Counted from the stretch's first letter, positions 51,447 through 62,901 are shown. The stretch: DNA of 64,000 nt from an uncultured Verrucomicrobiae bacterium (GCA_963788655.1 CAWBHS010000110.1:96001-160000); one strand, 5' to 3'. The notes: generated by a model from the letters alone, not told the origin. Translations and numbers: made by a program.

Positions 51447-54400
51447 GTGCCCGCTTCACCATCCATTGATGAATTAAAGCGACTCCTGCCGCAGTGTCTG
51501 TTGCCGGATCAGGTGCGGATCGGGCGGTTGTTGGCTCATGGGCTGGCCCAATTGCGCCAAGGCAAGGCGGCGCCCATGCCGGTGGCGCGCTGGCTCGGCC
51601 AAGCCCAGTGCTTCGATTCATCTTCGCCAGCAACGGGCGGCGCTGGCGCAGCATGTTTCCTACCCGGACGAACTGCCCATCACCGCCAAGAAGGACGAAA
51701 TTGTCGCCGCCCTCAAAGCTCATCCGGTGGTGATCGTGGCGGGTGAAACCGGTTCCGGCAAAACGACCCAACTCCCAAAAATGTTCCTCGAAGCCGGATT
51801 GGGCGCACGGGCGCGGATTGGCTGCACTCAACCCCGGCGCGTGGCGGCGCTGTCCATTGCGCGCCGGTTGGCGGAGGAAATGCACGTGGGCTTTGGGCGG
51901 GAAGTCGGATGCAAAATTCGGTTCGCGGATCAGTCCCGCCCCCAGACCAGCCTCAAGGTGATGACGGACGGAATTCTGCTGGCCGAAATCCAGGGTGATC
52001 CGTTGCTCGCCGAATACGAAGCTCTCATCATCGACGAAGCCCACGAGCGCTCGCTGAACATAGATTTTCTCCTGGGCTACCTGAAGCTGCTCTTGCAGAA
52101 GCGCGATGATCTGAAGCTCATCATCACTTCGGCCACCATCGATACCGAGCGCTTCTCGCGAGCGTTTGACGGCGCGCCAGTCATCGAGGTATCGGGCCGG
52201 ATGTATCCCGTGGAACTGCGCTACTCGCCGCTCGACGAAAACGCTGAGGACGAAGGCGAATTGACTTATGTGGACGCGGCGGTAAACGCCGTGGACCGTA
52301 TTCTCGAGGAACCGCTGGCGGGCGACATCCTGGTGTTCATGCCCACCGAACGTGACATTCGCGAAACGTGCGACCTGCTCCAAGCCCAGCATCGGGACCG
52401 GCTGGACGTGACCCCTTTGTTTGGCCGACTGACTTCCGGTGAGCAACAGCGCGTGTTCTCTCCCGGACCGCGCCGGCGGGTGGTGGTGGCCACGAACATC
52501 GCGGAAACCTCGCTGACCGTGCCGCGCATTCGCTACGTGGTGGATACGGGACTGGCGCGCATCAGCCGCTATCATCCCGGCACCCGCAGCAAGCGCTTGC
52601 CGGTGGAACCGATTTCGCAAAGCAGCGCCAATCAACGCAAGGGACGTTGCGGACGCCTGGCGGACGGCGTCTGTATTCGGTTGTATTCGGAGGCGGATTT
52701 CGACGCGCGCCAACCTTACATCGAACCCGAAATCCAACGTTGCGACCTGGCCGATGTCATCCTGCGCATGAAAGCGTTCCAGTTGGGCGAGATGGAAACA
52801 TTCCCCTTCATCGAGCCACCGAGTCCATCTGCCGTGCAGGGCGCCTATCAACTGCTCCAGGAACTCGGCGCGCTCGACGAGCAACGCGAACTGACGCGGC
52901 TCGGTCGTGACCTGGCCCGGTTGCCGGTGGACCCGGCGGTGGGCCGGATGATCCTCGAGGCGCAACACGAACGCGCGTTGCCGGAAGCGCTGATCATCGC
53001 CGCCGGCCTGAGCGTGCAGGATCCGCGCGAGCGCCCGTTGGACCAACGCGACGCGGCCGAAGCCGCTCATCGGCGGTTCCAACATCCGCAATCGGACTTC
53101 CTGACGTTACTCAATATCTGGAACGCCTATCACGACAAGTGGGAATCGCTGAAGACGCAGAACCAGCTCCGCAAGTTTTGCAAAGGGCATTTTCTGTCGT
53201 TCGTGCGCATGCGCGAATGGGTGGACGTCCACGGACAATTGCAGGACGCCGTCGAGGAATTGAAGTGTTCCGAAAGGACCAGTGTTCCACGGGAAACCAA
53301 GCCTCCCCAAACCCACCGTGGCAAACGAGCCGGCGCCGAATTCGATGCCCGTTACGCGGCGGTTCACCGTTCCATTTTAACCGGCCTCTTCGGCCACGTG
53401 GCCCAGCGGGAAAACCGTAACCTGTATCGTTTGGGCGGCAACAAGCAGGCCATGGTGTTTCCCGGATCGGGACTCTTTGAGAAGACCGCTGGCCGTGGCA
53501 GCGAGGGCAAGCCGGCGTCCAAACTCTGCGCGAGTTCAGCCGAACCAACTCCCGCGCAGCCGAAATGGCTGATCGCCGGTGAACTACTTGAAACCTCCCG
53601 GCTGTTCATCCGCATTGTGGCGGCCATCACCCCCGACTGGGTCATCGAACTGGCGCCGCATCTGATCAAGATCGCGCATGAGCATCCACATTGGGATCGC
53701 GAGGCCGGGCGGGTGTTGTGTACTGAACGCATCACCTTGCGCGGGCTGGTGCTGCGCGAGGGGCCGACCGGCTATTTGAAAGTCAACGCCGCGGACGCCA
53801 CGGAGATCTTCATCCGGTCCGCGTTGATCGAAGAAGATCTCGATGGCCGCCACGCTTTCCTGGAACACAACCGGAGGTTGCGCCGCAAAATCGAGATGTG
53901 GCAAACCCGCATGCGCCATCACGCCAGCGTGGACCTGGACGAAGCCTTGTTTGCGTTTTACGCCGCGCGCGTTCAGAACGTCGCTTCGATTCACGACCTC
54001 AATCGGCTGCTAAAAGGGCAGGCCCAAAGCGATTTTCTATGCGCCACCGAAGCCGACCTGTTGGGCGAGCAGGCAGCGAGTTTCGATGCCGGCACATTTC
54101 CCGACGCAGTGCAAGTAGGCCGGCACTCAGTTCCCGTCAATTACGCCTACGCGCCCGCCCAGGAGGACGATGGCGTGACGTTCCGCCTGACTTACGCGCT
54201 CGCCGAAGCGATTGATCCCGCAACCTTGGACTGGGTGGTTCCGGCGCTACGCGAAGAGCGCGTGCATCACTTGTTACGGCTGTTGCCCAAAACGATGCGT
54301 CGCCCGCTGATGCCGCTCAATGTGACCGCGCGCGCAATCGTCGAGCACGTTGACCCAACGTCCGGTTCGTTCCTCGAAGCAATGAGTCAGTTTGTGCGGC

Positions 54401-55461
54401 GCCAATACGGCGTGCTGATCCCGGTCTCAGCCTGGCCGGTCAAGGACTTGCCGCCCCACTTGCAACCGCGGTTTGAAATCGTGGGCAACCAGGACAATTC
54501 ACTGGCTGCTGGCCGCAACCTGAACGCCTTGCTCGACCGCGTGGAACAGGGACGCCAGCCCAACGAAGCCGCCGCATTGCGACGCGCCCTGGCCCGCTGG
54601 GAACGTTATGGGCTTACGGACTGGACCTTCGGCGAATTGCCCGAACGCTGTCTGGTTTCCGAGACCGGCGGCGTCCCGTTGTATTTGTATCCGGGCCTGC
54701 ACGTGGAAAACGGCGATGTCAGCCTGCGACTGTTTCGCCGTCTGAACGAAGCGGAAACCGCCAGCCGGATTGGCCTTCGTCGTCTGGCCGAACTGGTGTT
54801 GCCCAAGGAACTGGCCTGGCTGCAAAAAGACTTGCGTGGCCTGACCCGTTTCGCCCCGCTCTACGCGACGCTCGGGGACACGGATGAATTGATCGAAACG
54901 GCCTGGACCAATCTCCGGCGTCACGTGCTGGCTCCGCCGAATCCGCTTCCGCGCACGGCTGATGCTTTTACCGAATATCTCGAGCGCATTCGGCAACAAG
55001 CTCGTGGTCTTGGCTCACGGTTTATGGATTGGGTGGGTGCCATCCTGGAGAAACGGCAGGAAGCCCTGGTTTGCCGCCGGCCCCTGCCAAACATGCAACA
55101 GGAAATCGACGCGCTCGTGCCGGGGCGATTCCTGGAAAAGATCCCCTTCGAACAACTGGCTCACGTGCCGCGCTATTTGCAGGCGCTATTCATTCGCGCC
55201 GAACGGGCCGCGCTCAATCCGGCCAAGGATGCCGAGAAGGTTCGCCGCGTGCAGCCCTACTCCGTGGTGGCGCGCCAGGTGTTTGCCCAACCGGCCCGTT
55301 CTCCGGAAGCCTTTCGCCGGATGCAACAGTTTCGCTGGTTGCTCGAAGAGTTCAAAGTGTCCGTCTTCGCCCAGGAACTTGGCACCGCCCAACCCGTTTC
55401 GACCAAACGCCTGGACGAAGCGTTGCGCGAACTACGGGAGGCGCAAAAGGTGCAAACATGA
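51447..55461 (+). CDS. hrpA: ATP-dependent DEAH-box RNA helicase HrpA (indel near 51605)
   Basis: GETGSGKTTQLPK, TQPRR, DEAHERSLNIDFLLG, TSAT, QRKGRCGR, C-terminal RWLLEEFKVSVFAQELGT. The N-terminus lies in ORF 51447-51746. Confidence 0.94.
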
Positions 55462-55509
55462 GGCGTCCGTTGGCGCCGCAAAATTCAGACGTTTTTCCCC
55501 GTTGGTGCG

Positions 55510-55665
55510 GTTAACGCTATAGCGACACTTTCACAGATAGGCGCGCGGCCTTTAGGCCGCTTCAAGCACCCAAGGCCAACCAGCGGCTTGCGGAATAGGA
55601 CGGTGAAGCGGCGTAAACGCCGCGCGCCTGCCGCGCTTCGCCGGAACTGTCGCTGCAGTGTTAAC
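55510..55665. repeat. Nested inverted-repeat element between convergent hrpA and nuoI
   Basis: Outer arms gttaacgctatagcgaca / tgtcgctgcagtgttaac. Inner arms aggcgcgcggcctttaggccgcttca / tgaagcggcgtaaacgccgcgcgcct. Confidence 0.75.
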
Positions 55666-55751
55666 GTCCGTTCGGAACAACGGGCCATGGGTCACATCCG
55701 CGTTTGGAGTGGGCGGAGGTTGCTCCCGCTTCCTTGCTGGCGGAAATTCGC

Positions 55752-56300
55752 TCAATGCGCGGCAGCCTTCTTCGCTTCGGCGCGAGCGCGCTGGTCGGCC
55801 AGACGAGTATCCACTTCGTCCGCTTCGGTGGGATGGATCTCGTGATAATACTCGTTGGACTTGGCCAGTTGCTCCTTGTGCAACAGCAGACCCTCGAAGC
55901 GGTCCGCGTTGCTGAGCTCGAACTGGGTGTCCATCTTGATGGAGTCAAACGGACACACCTCCACGCAAATCTGGCAGCTCATGCAGACGGACACATCGAT
56001 GTCGAAAATCTTGGGATGACTCTGCATCTTGCCAGTGTGATCGCGCTTCTTGAAGGTGTCCTTGACGATGTAGATGCACTGCGGCGGACATTCCTTCTCG
56101 CAAATCAGACAAGCCACGCAACGCAAGCCCTGCTCCGGCTCGCCGTCAAAGACCAGGAACGGAAAGCTGCGTGAGCTTTCCGGCAACGGCTGGCGTTCGT
56201 CAGGATATTGGATGGTGACCAACCGTTCCTTGCGGGCGTAACTCCCCAGAAAGTTGCGCGCCGTTTCCTTCAGGCCTTTAATGATTCCAGTGCCAAGCAT
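55752..56300 (-). CDS. nuoI: NADH:quinone oxidoreductase subunit I (2x[4Fe-4S])
   Basis: TIQYPDE, CVACLICEKECP, CMSCQICVEVCP. Confidence 0.88.
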   Translation of the reverse strand: MLGTGIIKGLKETARNFLGSYARKERLVTIQYPDERQPLPESSRSFPFLVFDGEPEQGLRCVACLICEKECPPQCIYIVKDTFKKRDHTGKMQSHPKIFDIDVSVCMSCQICVEVCPFDSIKMDTQFELSNADRFEGLLLHKEQLAKSNEYYHEIHPTEADEVDTRLADQRARAEAKKAAAH

Positions 56301-56320
56301 GCGATGTTTTCAAAAGTTGG

Positions 56321-57592
56321 TTAACGGTCCACCTCGCCCAACACAATGTCCACGCTGCCGAGAATCACGACCACGTCGGCCACGCTGTGTCCCAGACACA
56401 TGTCCTCAAGAATGGTCAGGTTGATCAAGCTCGGCGGTCGTACGCGGTAGCGATACGGATTGGGCGTTCCGTCGCTGATCAGGTAAAAGCCGAGCTCGCC
56501 TTTGGGCGCCTCAATGCGTCCGTAGGTCTCGCCGGGCCGGGGCCGAAAGCCGCGGTTGCGAGCTTTGGGATCTAGGATTGGCCCTTCCGGAATGTCCTTC
56601 AGCGCCTGGTTCAGAATCTTGACCGACTCGCGCATTTCCAAAATCCGCATCATGTAGCGGTCATAGGTGTCGCCGTGCTCCCCGAGCGGGATGCGAAAAC
56701 TAAACCGGTCGTAGATGCCGTATTGATCGACTTTGCGCACGTCGTAATTCACCCCGCTGGCCCGCAGCATGGGGCCGGTCACGCTGGCGTTGATGGCCAG
56801 TTCCCGCGTTAAGCAGCCCACGTCCTGAGTGCGCGCCATCAAAATTTCGTTGGACGTCAGCAGATTTTCGAACTCGTCCAGAAAACGCGGGAATTCATCG
56901 ACCACTTGGCGGGTCCGATCCAGCCAGCCGGGTGGCAGATCGACGCGGCAACCGCCAAACCGCATGGTAATTGCACATCATGCGCGCTCCGGTGAGCGCC
57001 TCGAACAAATCGAGGATCTTCTCCCGTTCGCGAAACGCATACATCAACGGCGTGCCCATAGCCCCCATGTCCTGACCAAAAAGCCTGCCAGGCAGGCATG
57101 GTTTTGCAGGCGGGTCAGTTCACCGGTGATCACGCGGATGTATTCGGCGCGTTCGGGAACCTGGTAACCGGCCAATTTCTCGACCGCCAAAGCGTAAGCC
57201 CAGTTGTTGGTCAGCGAACAAAAATAATCCAGCCGATCGGTGTACGGCATCGAGGCCAGGTACGGCGCGTTTTCGGCGATCTTTTCGTGATTGCGGTGCA
57301 GGTAGCCAAAGACCGGTTTGAGCTTCACTACCTGTTCCCCATCCAACACCACGTCCATGCGAAACACGCCGTGCGTGGACGGGTGTTGCGGTCCCATGGA
57401 CACTTCAAGCACGTCACCCTCAATGACGCCGTCCGGGAGCGTCTTGGGGCGCACCTCATAATTGTGTCCGGATTCCGGCGACGCCATGTCCTTCACCTCC
57501 ATCGGGTCCGCTGTCTCGGCCTGGGCCCGGGGAGTTTTTTCCAATGACTGGAAGGCATTGCCCAAGGTGCCTGTCAGGGTGCCGTCGCTCAT
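56321..57592 (-). CDS. nuoD: NADH:quinone oxidoreductase subunit D (indels near 56965-57100)
   Basis: [49 protein letters not shown]. No CxxC Ni motifs. Confidence 0.92.
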
Positions 57593-58223
57593 GAATGCTG
57601 CTCCTCCGGATAATGCTTTCGCGCCTTCTCCAGCACCTTGGCGTGCGGCGTGGGCTCGTATTCGTAATCGTCGGGCTCGACGTAATCCTTGCGCATTGGA
57701 AAATCCTGAAAGCCGTCCCACATTAAAATGCGGCGCAAGTCCGGATGCCCGTCAAAGACCACTCCGTAAAGATCAAACACTTCGCGCTCTTGAAATTCCG
57801 CCCCACGCCAAACCGGCGTCAGCGAGGCTGCCCGTGCCTTCTCCGATCGGTTCTCGGTTCGCTGGCGAAGAACCAACGGGCCGTGCTTGAGGTTCATGGA
57901 ATAGAGATGATAAACGACCTCGAGGAAACCGGGCTGCAATCGTTCGGACAACTCCTCCACTTCCGTTCCTCGCCGCCAACCACGCGCTTGGTCTTCACTT
58001 TTTCTTTGATCACCTGATCCAGCCAATCCACTCCGGTGACGTTCGAAGCATAGTCGAATTGGAGTTGGGGATCGTCGCGCAAAAACGTCGCCACCGCCAC
58101 GGCATGAGCGCTATCAACCAGCAGCGACGGTGGATTGCCTTCGCTGCCATTGGGCACCATCGCCAATCGCGCGCCGGGGACAGCGGCTTCGGCGCGGGCT
58201 TTGATTTGTTCCAAAGTTTCCAT
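57589..58223 (-). CDS. nuoC: NADH:quinone oxidoreductase subunit C (indel near 57965)
   Basis: [44 protein letters not shown]...FPMRKDY. Confidence 0.9.
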
Positions 58224-58230
58224 CAATCCA

Positions 58231-58845
58231 CTACTCGCTTCGACTCACTTTCGCGGGAGCCCACACCGCCAGGTTCCGGGAAGGCACCAGATCATGTTCG
58301 CCGAATTGGGGCACGGGAAATTCGCTGGGCGCCTGCCGGTTCAGGTGGCGCGGTCGGTCCGGCCCGGTTAACTGTTGGGCGGCAATCTTGCGCTGCAACG
58401 TCATAAACGCATGGATCAGCGCTTCGGGTCGCGGCGGGCAACCGGGAATATGCACGTCCACCGGCAGGTACCGGTCGATGCCCTTGAGCACGTTGTAACC
58501 TTGCTTGAACGGGCCGCCGGAAATGGCGCACGCGCCCATGGCAATCACATATTTCGGCTCCGGCATCTGGTTGTACAAGCGCACCACCTGCGGCGCCATC
58601 TTCTTGGTCACCGTGCCGGCCACGATCATCAGGTCCGCCTGCCGTGGCGAAGGCCGGAACACTTCCGCTCCGAACCGCGCCAGATCCCAGCGCGCCATCG
58701 AGGCCGCGATCATTTCAATCGCGCAACACGCCAGCCCAAATTGGAGCGGCCAGACCGAATTGCGCCGGCCCCAGTTGTACAACTCCTGAAGCGTGGTGGT
58801 GAAGACGCCCTGCTTACTGAGTTCGTTGCTGAGTCCTTCGTCCAT
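58231..58845 (-). CDS. nuoB: NADH:quinone oxidoreductase subunit B
   Basis: [39 protein letters not shown]. Confidence 0.96.
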   Translation of the reverse strand: MDEGLSNELSKQGVFTTTLQELYNWGRRNSVWPLQFGLACCAIEMIAASMARWDLARFGAEVFRPSPRQADLMIVAGTVTKKMAPQVVRLYNQMPEPKYVIAMGACAISGGPFKQGYNVLKGIDRYLPVDVHIPGCPPRPEALIHAFMTLQRKIAAQQLTGPDRPRHLNRQAPSEFPVPQFGEHDLVPSRNLAVWAPAKVSRSE

Positions 58846-58856
58846 CGCGGCTTGCC

Positions 58857-59252
58857 TTATCCCTGCTTGGGCGCGGGTTCGGTTTTCCAGGTCAAGATCC
58901 CTTTCGCCCAAGCCCACACCAGACCTTCGATAAGTAACAGCAGAAAAACCGTCATCGCCATAAACGCCCCGAAGGGCAATTCATTGAACGCCACCGCGAA
59001 GGGCAGCAAAAACAGGATTTCCACGTCGAAAATTAGGAACATGATGCCAAACACGTAATACCGGGCGTTAAATTGGATCGCCGAGGAACCTTTGGCTTCC
59101 AGCCCGCACTCGTACGTGGCGTTCTTCTGCTCGCCGGGTTTGTGCGGCGACGCCAGCCTCGCCCACACCCGGGCCAATAGCAGTGGGGTGAGGGCAAACA
59201 CGGTGGCTGCCACCAGGAAAATGGTCAGGAACAAATACGCGTGACCGTTCAT
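58857..59252 (-). CDS. nuoA: NADH:quinone oxidoreductase subunit A
   Basis: [18 protein letters not shown], three TM helices, WAKGILTW. Confidence 0.95.
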   Translation of the reverse strand: MNGHAYLFLTIFLVAATVFALTPLLLARVWARLASPHKPGEQKNATYECGLEAKGSSAIQFNARYYVFGIMFLIFDVEILFLLPFAVAFNELPFGAFMAMTVFLLLLIEGLVWAWAKGILTWKTEPAPKQG

Positions 59253-59398
59253 AAACTTTTACCGCAAACCTAGATTAAAACTGTCGATCAAAGACCCTAA
59301 CAATCGCTGCCAAGACCGTCAAGGAACAGGGAATATCCACCGCCGAAGACCGCCAGGCACTGCCTCGATGCGCGCCGCTGCCCCTTCCGGTAGGTCAA

Positions 59399-59674
59399 TC
59401 AATTCTGTTCGGGAACGTGGCGTCGCAGCCCCACGGAATGGGCAATGTCGTCAAACTCTTCGTGGCTGACGTCTTCAAGCTGTTTGCCTTTGGCGGCCAG
59501 TTTTTCGTTAATCTTGACGGCCTTCTCCGTCATCACCTCGTGAGTTTCCTCCGTGCCGCCCACCAGGGTAAAATTGGGCCCTGCCGTCACCCGCTTGTGT
59601 CCATCAGAATCCATACCGACACCCAGCAGATGCGCTTTACCACGTTTTCGTTTTTTACCGGACGATTGCGCCAT
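59399..59674 (-). CDS. Small hypothetical protein
   Basis: Compact ORF filling an intergenic gap with plausible composition (LLGVGMDSDGHKRVT...LVGGTEETHEVM). Confidence 0.7.
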   Translation of the reverse strand: MAQSSGKKRKRGKAHLLGVGMDSDGHKRVTAGPNFTLVGGTEETHEVMTEKAVKINEKLAAKGKQLEDVSHEEFDDIAHSVGLRRHVPEQN

Positions 59675-59763
59675 GAAACGAACCTACGGACTTAGCGGTC
59701 TAAGTCAAGCCAACTGCCACGCTGGCTGTGAAACAAACGTGATCAGTCAACAGTGTTCAGTAA

Positions 59764-61176
59764 TCAGTTGCGCGTCTTGCTATGGAACCGCCAGGAAAGT
59801 GTCAGCGCCGCCGTGCCCAGCCCCGTCGCCAGACCGATCCAGATGCCCACTGCTCCCCGGCCCCCCGGGAAAGCCAGCGTATAACCGAGCGGCACCGCGA
59901 TGATCCAATAGGCCAGCGCCGCCACCAACGCCGGCACCCGCACGTCGGTCAATCCGCGCAAGGCCGACAGCGCCACCACTTGCAAGCCGTCCGCCACTTG
60001 GAACAACGCGGCGACAACCAGCAATTGCGTGGCCAGCAGCACGACTGCCGGCACCGAAACAAACAGCCGCGCGATCGGCCCGCCGGCGGTCATGAACAGC
60101 ACCGCGAAAAGCCCCATGATCATCACCGCCATGGCCAGGCCCATGAATCCAATCCGGCGCACGCGCCGATGGTGTCCGGCGCCCCAGGCGTGGCCCACCC
60201 GGATGCACACCGCCATGCCGATGCCCAGCGAGAACATGAACGACGTGGCCGCGCAACTGATGGCGATCTGATGCGCCGCAATCGCCGCTTTGCTGATCCA
60301 CCCCATCATCAAGGCGGCAAAGACAAACGCGCTGACTTCCAACAAGTGCTGCGCCGCCACCGGCCAACCCAAGTCGATCAACCGCCGGAAGCGCCCCCAG
60401 GCCAGCGGCGCCCACCAGCGAATCGGCTGGAAGCGCCGCAACACCCGGGCGCGCATCGCGTAGAGCAGAATGCCGAGCATCATCGCCAGGCGGGCCAGCA
60501 AGGTCGCCCATCCCGCGCCTTCCAGGCCCAGGGCCGGCGCGCCCCAATGCCCGTAGATCAAGAGCCAGTTCAGCAGAATGTTCAGCAGCACACTGCCCAG
60601 CAGGAACAAGGTGGGCGGCCACGGATGGTTGAGCGCCTCGGAGAATTGTTTGCAACCGTGGCCCACCATCATCGGCAGCATCGAAGCTCCAAACAACACC
60701 AAGTAAGTGCCCGAAGCCGCCACCACGTCCGGCGGTTGACCGAAACGGTCCAACACCAACAGCAGGGCCAACAGGACCAGAACCGTCACCACCCCGCAAG
60801 CAATCGACAATGCCAAACCGTGACGAAACACCTCGCCGGCTTCGGAAGGTTCGCGCGCGCCAAAGGCCTGGCTGGTCAGAATGGCCACCGAAGTGAGCAG
60901 GCCAATGCCAAAAATCATTGGCGGATGCGAGATGGCATTCACGAACGCCGCCGCCGCCAATGGCACCACACCGACGCGCCCGATCATCAGCGTGTCGGCC
61001 AATCCCATCAAAGTATGGCCGACCATGCCCGCCATGATTGGGAAAGCCAGCCGCAGCGTGGGACGCACTTCGCGTACCCACCGCCAGATGCTACGTAATC
61101 GACGTGATCGCATTAATACAACGTGGTTCCAGAGCTTTCCGGAAATGGTTCGGAGCCAACTTAAAAGCCCGATCAT
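59764..61176 (-). CDS. MATE family efflux transporter (NorM-like)
   Basis: LRLAFPI, DTLMIGRVG, LIYGHWGAPALGLEGAGWAT, IAAHQIA, FQVADGLQ...LRGLTD. Start uncertain. Confidence 0.92.
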   Translation of the reverse strand: MIGLLSWLRTISGKLWNHVVLMRSRRLRSIWRWVREVRPTLRLAFPIMAGMVGHTLMGLADTLMIGRVGVVPLAAAAFVNAISHPPMIFGIGLLTSVAILTSQAFGAREPSEAGEVFRHGLALSIACGVVTVLVLLALLLVLDRFGQPPDVVAASGTYLVLFGASMLPMMVGHGCKQFSEALNHPWPPTLFLLGSVLLNILLNWLLIYGHWGAPALGLEGAGWATLLARLAMMLGILLYAMRARVLRRFQPIRWWAPLAWGRFRRLIDLGWPVAAQHLLEVSAFVFAALMMGWISKAAIAAHQIAISCAATSFMFSLGIGMAVCIRVGHAWGAGHHRRVRRIGFMGLAMAVMIMGLFAVLFMTAGGPIARLFVSVPAVVLLATQLLVVAALFQVADGLQVVALSALRGLTDVRVPALVAALAYWIIAVPLGYTLAFPGGRGAVGIWIGLATGLGTAALTLSWRFHSKTRN

Positions 61177-61308
61177 TCGTAACGGCGGCTCGGTAGAGTG
61201 TCACCAGCGTGGACAGGGAGAGTTTGTAGCGCCCTCACCGTTGACTCGTAAGGAATCGCCAGCCACTACTTCGTGCCGCGCAACTCCGTTTGCCCAGCCG
61301 GTTCCAAT

Positions 61309-62004
61309 TCAACCCGGTGCCGTCAGCGAACGCCCGTTGTCTTTCGGTCCCAATTTCAACAAGAAGGGCACCGCTGTTCTTGCCCATTCCTCGGCGCTGG
61401 CATAGCTACTGGCGGATTCGCCAAAACAGCTTTGCAGCATCTCCGTGTTGATCACGCCGGGGTTCAACGGAATGGCCGCCAGTCCGGTTGGCAGTTCCTG
61501 CGCCAGCGCCTGCGTCAGGCCTTCAATCGCCCATTTGGTCGCGCAGTAGGGGGCCACCTCGGCATCGGTGGACCGGCCCCAGCCCGAACTGAAGTTCACG
61601 ATCACGCCACGCTGGCGTTCGATCATCGCCGGCACAAAATGGCGGATCACATTCGCAACGCCTTTGAGGTTCACGTCGATCACCGCCGAAAACTCGTCCG
61701 CCGGCACCCGCCACAAGGGCGCGTTGGGATTGATGATCGCCGCGTTGTTGAGCAACAGGTCCGGCGGGCCGAGGGTTTTCAAAATCCGCGCGGCCCAACG
61801 GCTGACTTCCGCGTCCGCAGCCACGTTGACCGCCGCAAACTCGTGTGGCGCCGTGTAAGCCTGGCGCAACGATTCAATGCGCTCGACCGATCGGCCACAG
61901 CCGGCCACGGTATGTCCCCGGCGGATGAACTCGTCTGCCATCGCGCGCCCCAGCCCGCGAGTGACTCCGGTGATGACCACAGTGCTAGGGTTCATTTTGT
62001 CCAT
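61309..62004 (-). CDS. SDR family oxidoreductase
   Basis: TGVTRGLG, NNAA, SSGWG, YCATK, NPGVINT. Confidence 0.93.
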   Translation of the reverse strand: MDKMNPSTVVITGVTRGLGRAMADEFIRRGHTVAGCGRSVERIESLRQAYTAPHEFAAVNVAADAEVSRWAARILKTLGPPDLLLNNAAIINPNAPLWRVPADEFSAVIDVNLKGVANVIRHFVPAMIERQRGVIVNFSSGWGRSTDAEVAPYCATKWAIEGLTQALAQELPTGLAAIPLNPGVINTEMLQSCFGESASSYASAEEWARTAVPFLLKLGPKDNGRSLTAPG

Positions 62005-62075
62005 TTGTTGGTTTTCCTGGAATTACGTGCTGACTATTTCCCGATCCTTGATTGGAATCAATGCCAATGAACTCA

Positions 62076-62858
62076 ATGAACGCGATGACACTGACCACCG
62101 ACTTTGGCCTTGAGGACTGGTTCGTGGGAACGATGAAGGGAGTGATTCTCGGCATTGCGCCGCGTGCGACGGTCGTGGACCTGACGCACGGTGTTCCCCG
62201 TGGTGACATTCGCGCCGGAGCTTTCGCGTTGGCGGCCAGTTGCCGATATTTTCCACAGGGCACCATCCACACGGTAGTGGTCGATCCGGGGGTGGGCAGT
62301 CAGCGCGCTGCCCTCGTCGTGCGAACGCGCAACTATTTCTTTGTCGGTCCCGACAACGGCGTGCTTTCGTTCGCGCTGGCTTGCGAAGAGATCAAAAGCA
62401 TTCGGCGATTGGAAAGTCCGCGTTACTTCCTTGGAAACATGAGCCAGACCTTTCATGGTCGCGACGTCTTCGCGCCCGTTGCAGCCCATTTGAGCAAAGG
62501 CGTGCCGATGTTGCAGTTTGGTCCCGAAACGAAGGATTATGTTCGCTTGCCCTGGCCACAACTGCGTGAAGCTGGTGGTGCCATTTGCGGCGAAGTATTG
62601 TACCTTGACCGATTCGGTAACGCTATAACCAACCTGCCCAACAATCGGCTCGCCCCGACAAGCACGGTGCGGATTGGTCTCGGTGGAAAGCGTTTGGTTC
62701 CGGTCAAAGCATTCTATAAAGCTGTTCCTGCCGGCAAGCCAGTGGCGGTTCTTGGCTCTGCGGGCTTCCTGGAGATCGCGATCAACGGCGGGAGCGCGGC
62801 AACGAAACTGAAGCTGAAACCAGGCAGCCGGGTGGAGGTCGTGATAGTGAAGGGTTGA
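62076..62858 (+). CDS. SAM hydroxide adenosyltransferase (DUF62, fluorinase/chlorinase superfamily)
   Basis: TLTTDFG, VVDPGVGSQR, GPDNG, TFHGRDVFAP, DRFGN, LEIAIN. Confidence 0.9.
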   Translation: MNAMTLTTDFGLEDWFVGTMKGVILGIAPRATVVDLTHGVPRGDIRAGAFALAASCRYFPQGTIHTVVVDPGVGSQRAALVVRTRNYFFVGPDNGVLSFALACEEIKSIRRLESPRYFLGNMSQTFHGRDVFAPVAAHLSKGVPMLQFGPETKDYVRLPWPQLREAGGAICGEVLYLDRFGNAITNLPNNRLAPTSTVRIGLGGKRLVPVKAFYKAVPAGKPVAVLGSAGFLEIAINGGSAATKLKLKPGSRVEVVIVKG

Positions 62859-62901
62859 AGAGTTGAAGCGGGGATCGGTTGAAGCGGTGCGTCAGGGCGG
62901 C

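Noticed and set aside
56321..57592. Group 4 [NiFe]-hydrogenase large subunit
   Set aside because: No CxxC motifs, and the protein ends in the canonical NuoD GEVDR.
62076..62858. Possible fluorinase/chlorinase
   Set aside because: TFHGRD retains the His and DPGVGSQR the Asp/Arg of the DUF62 hydrolase triad. No halometabolite genes are nearby.
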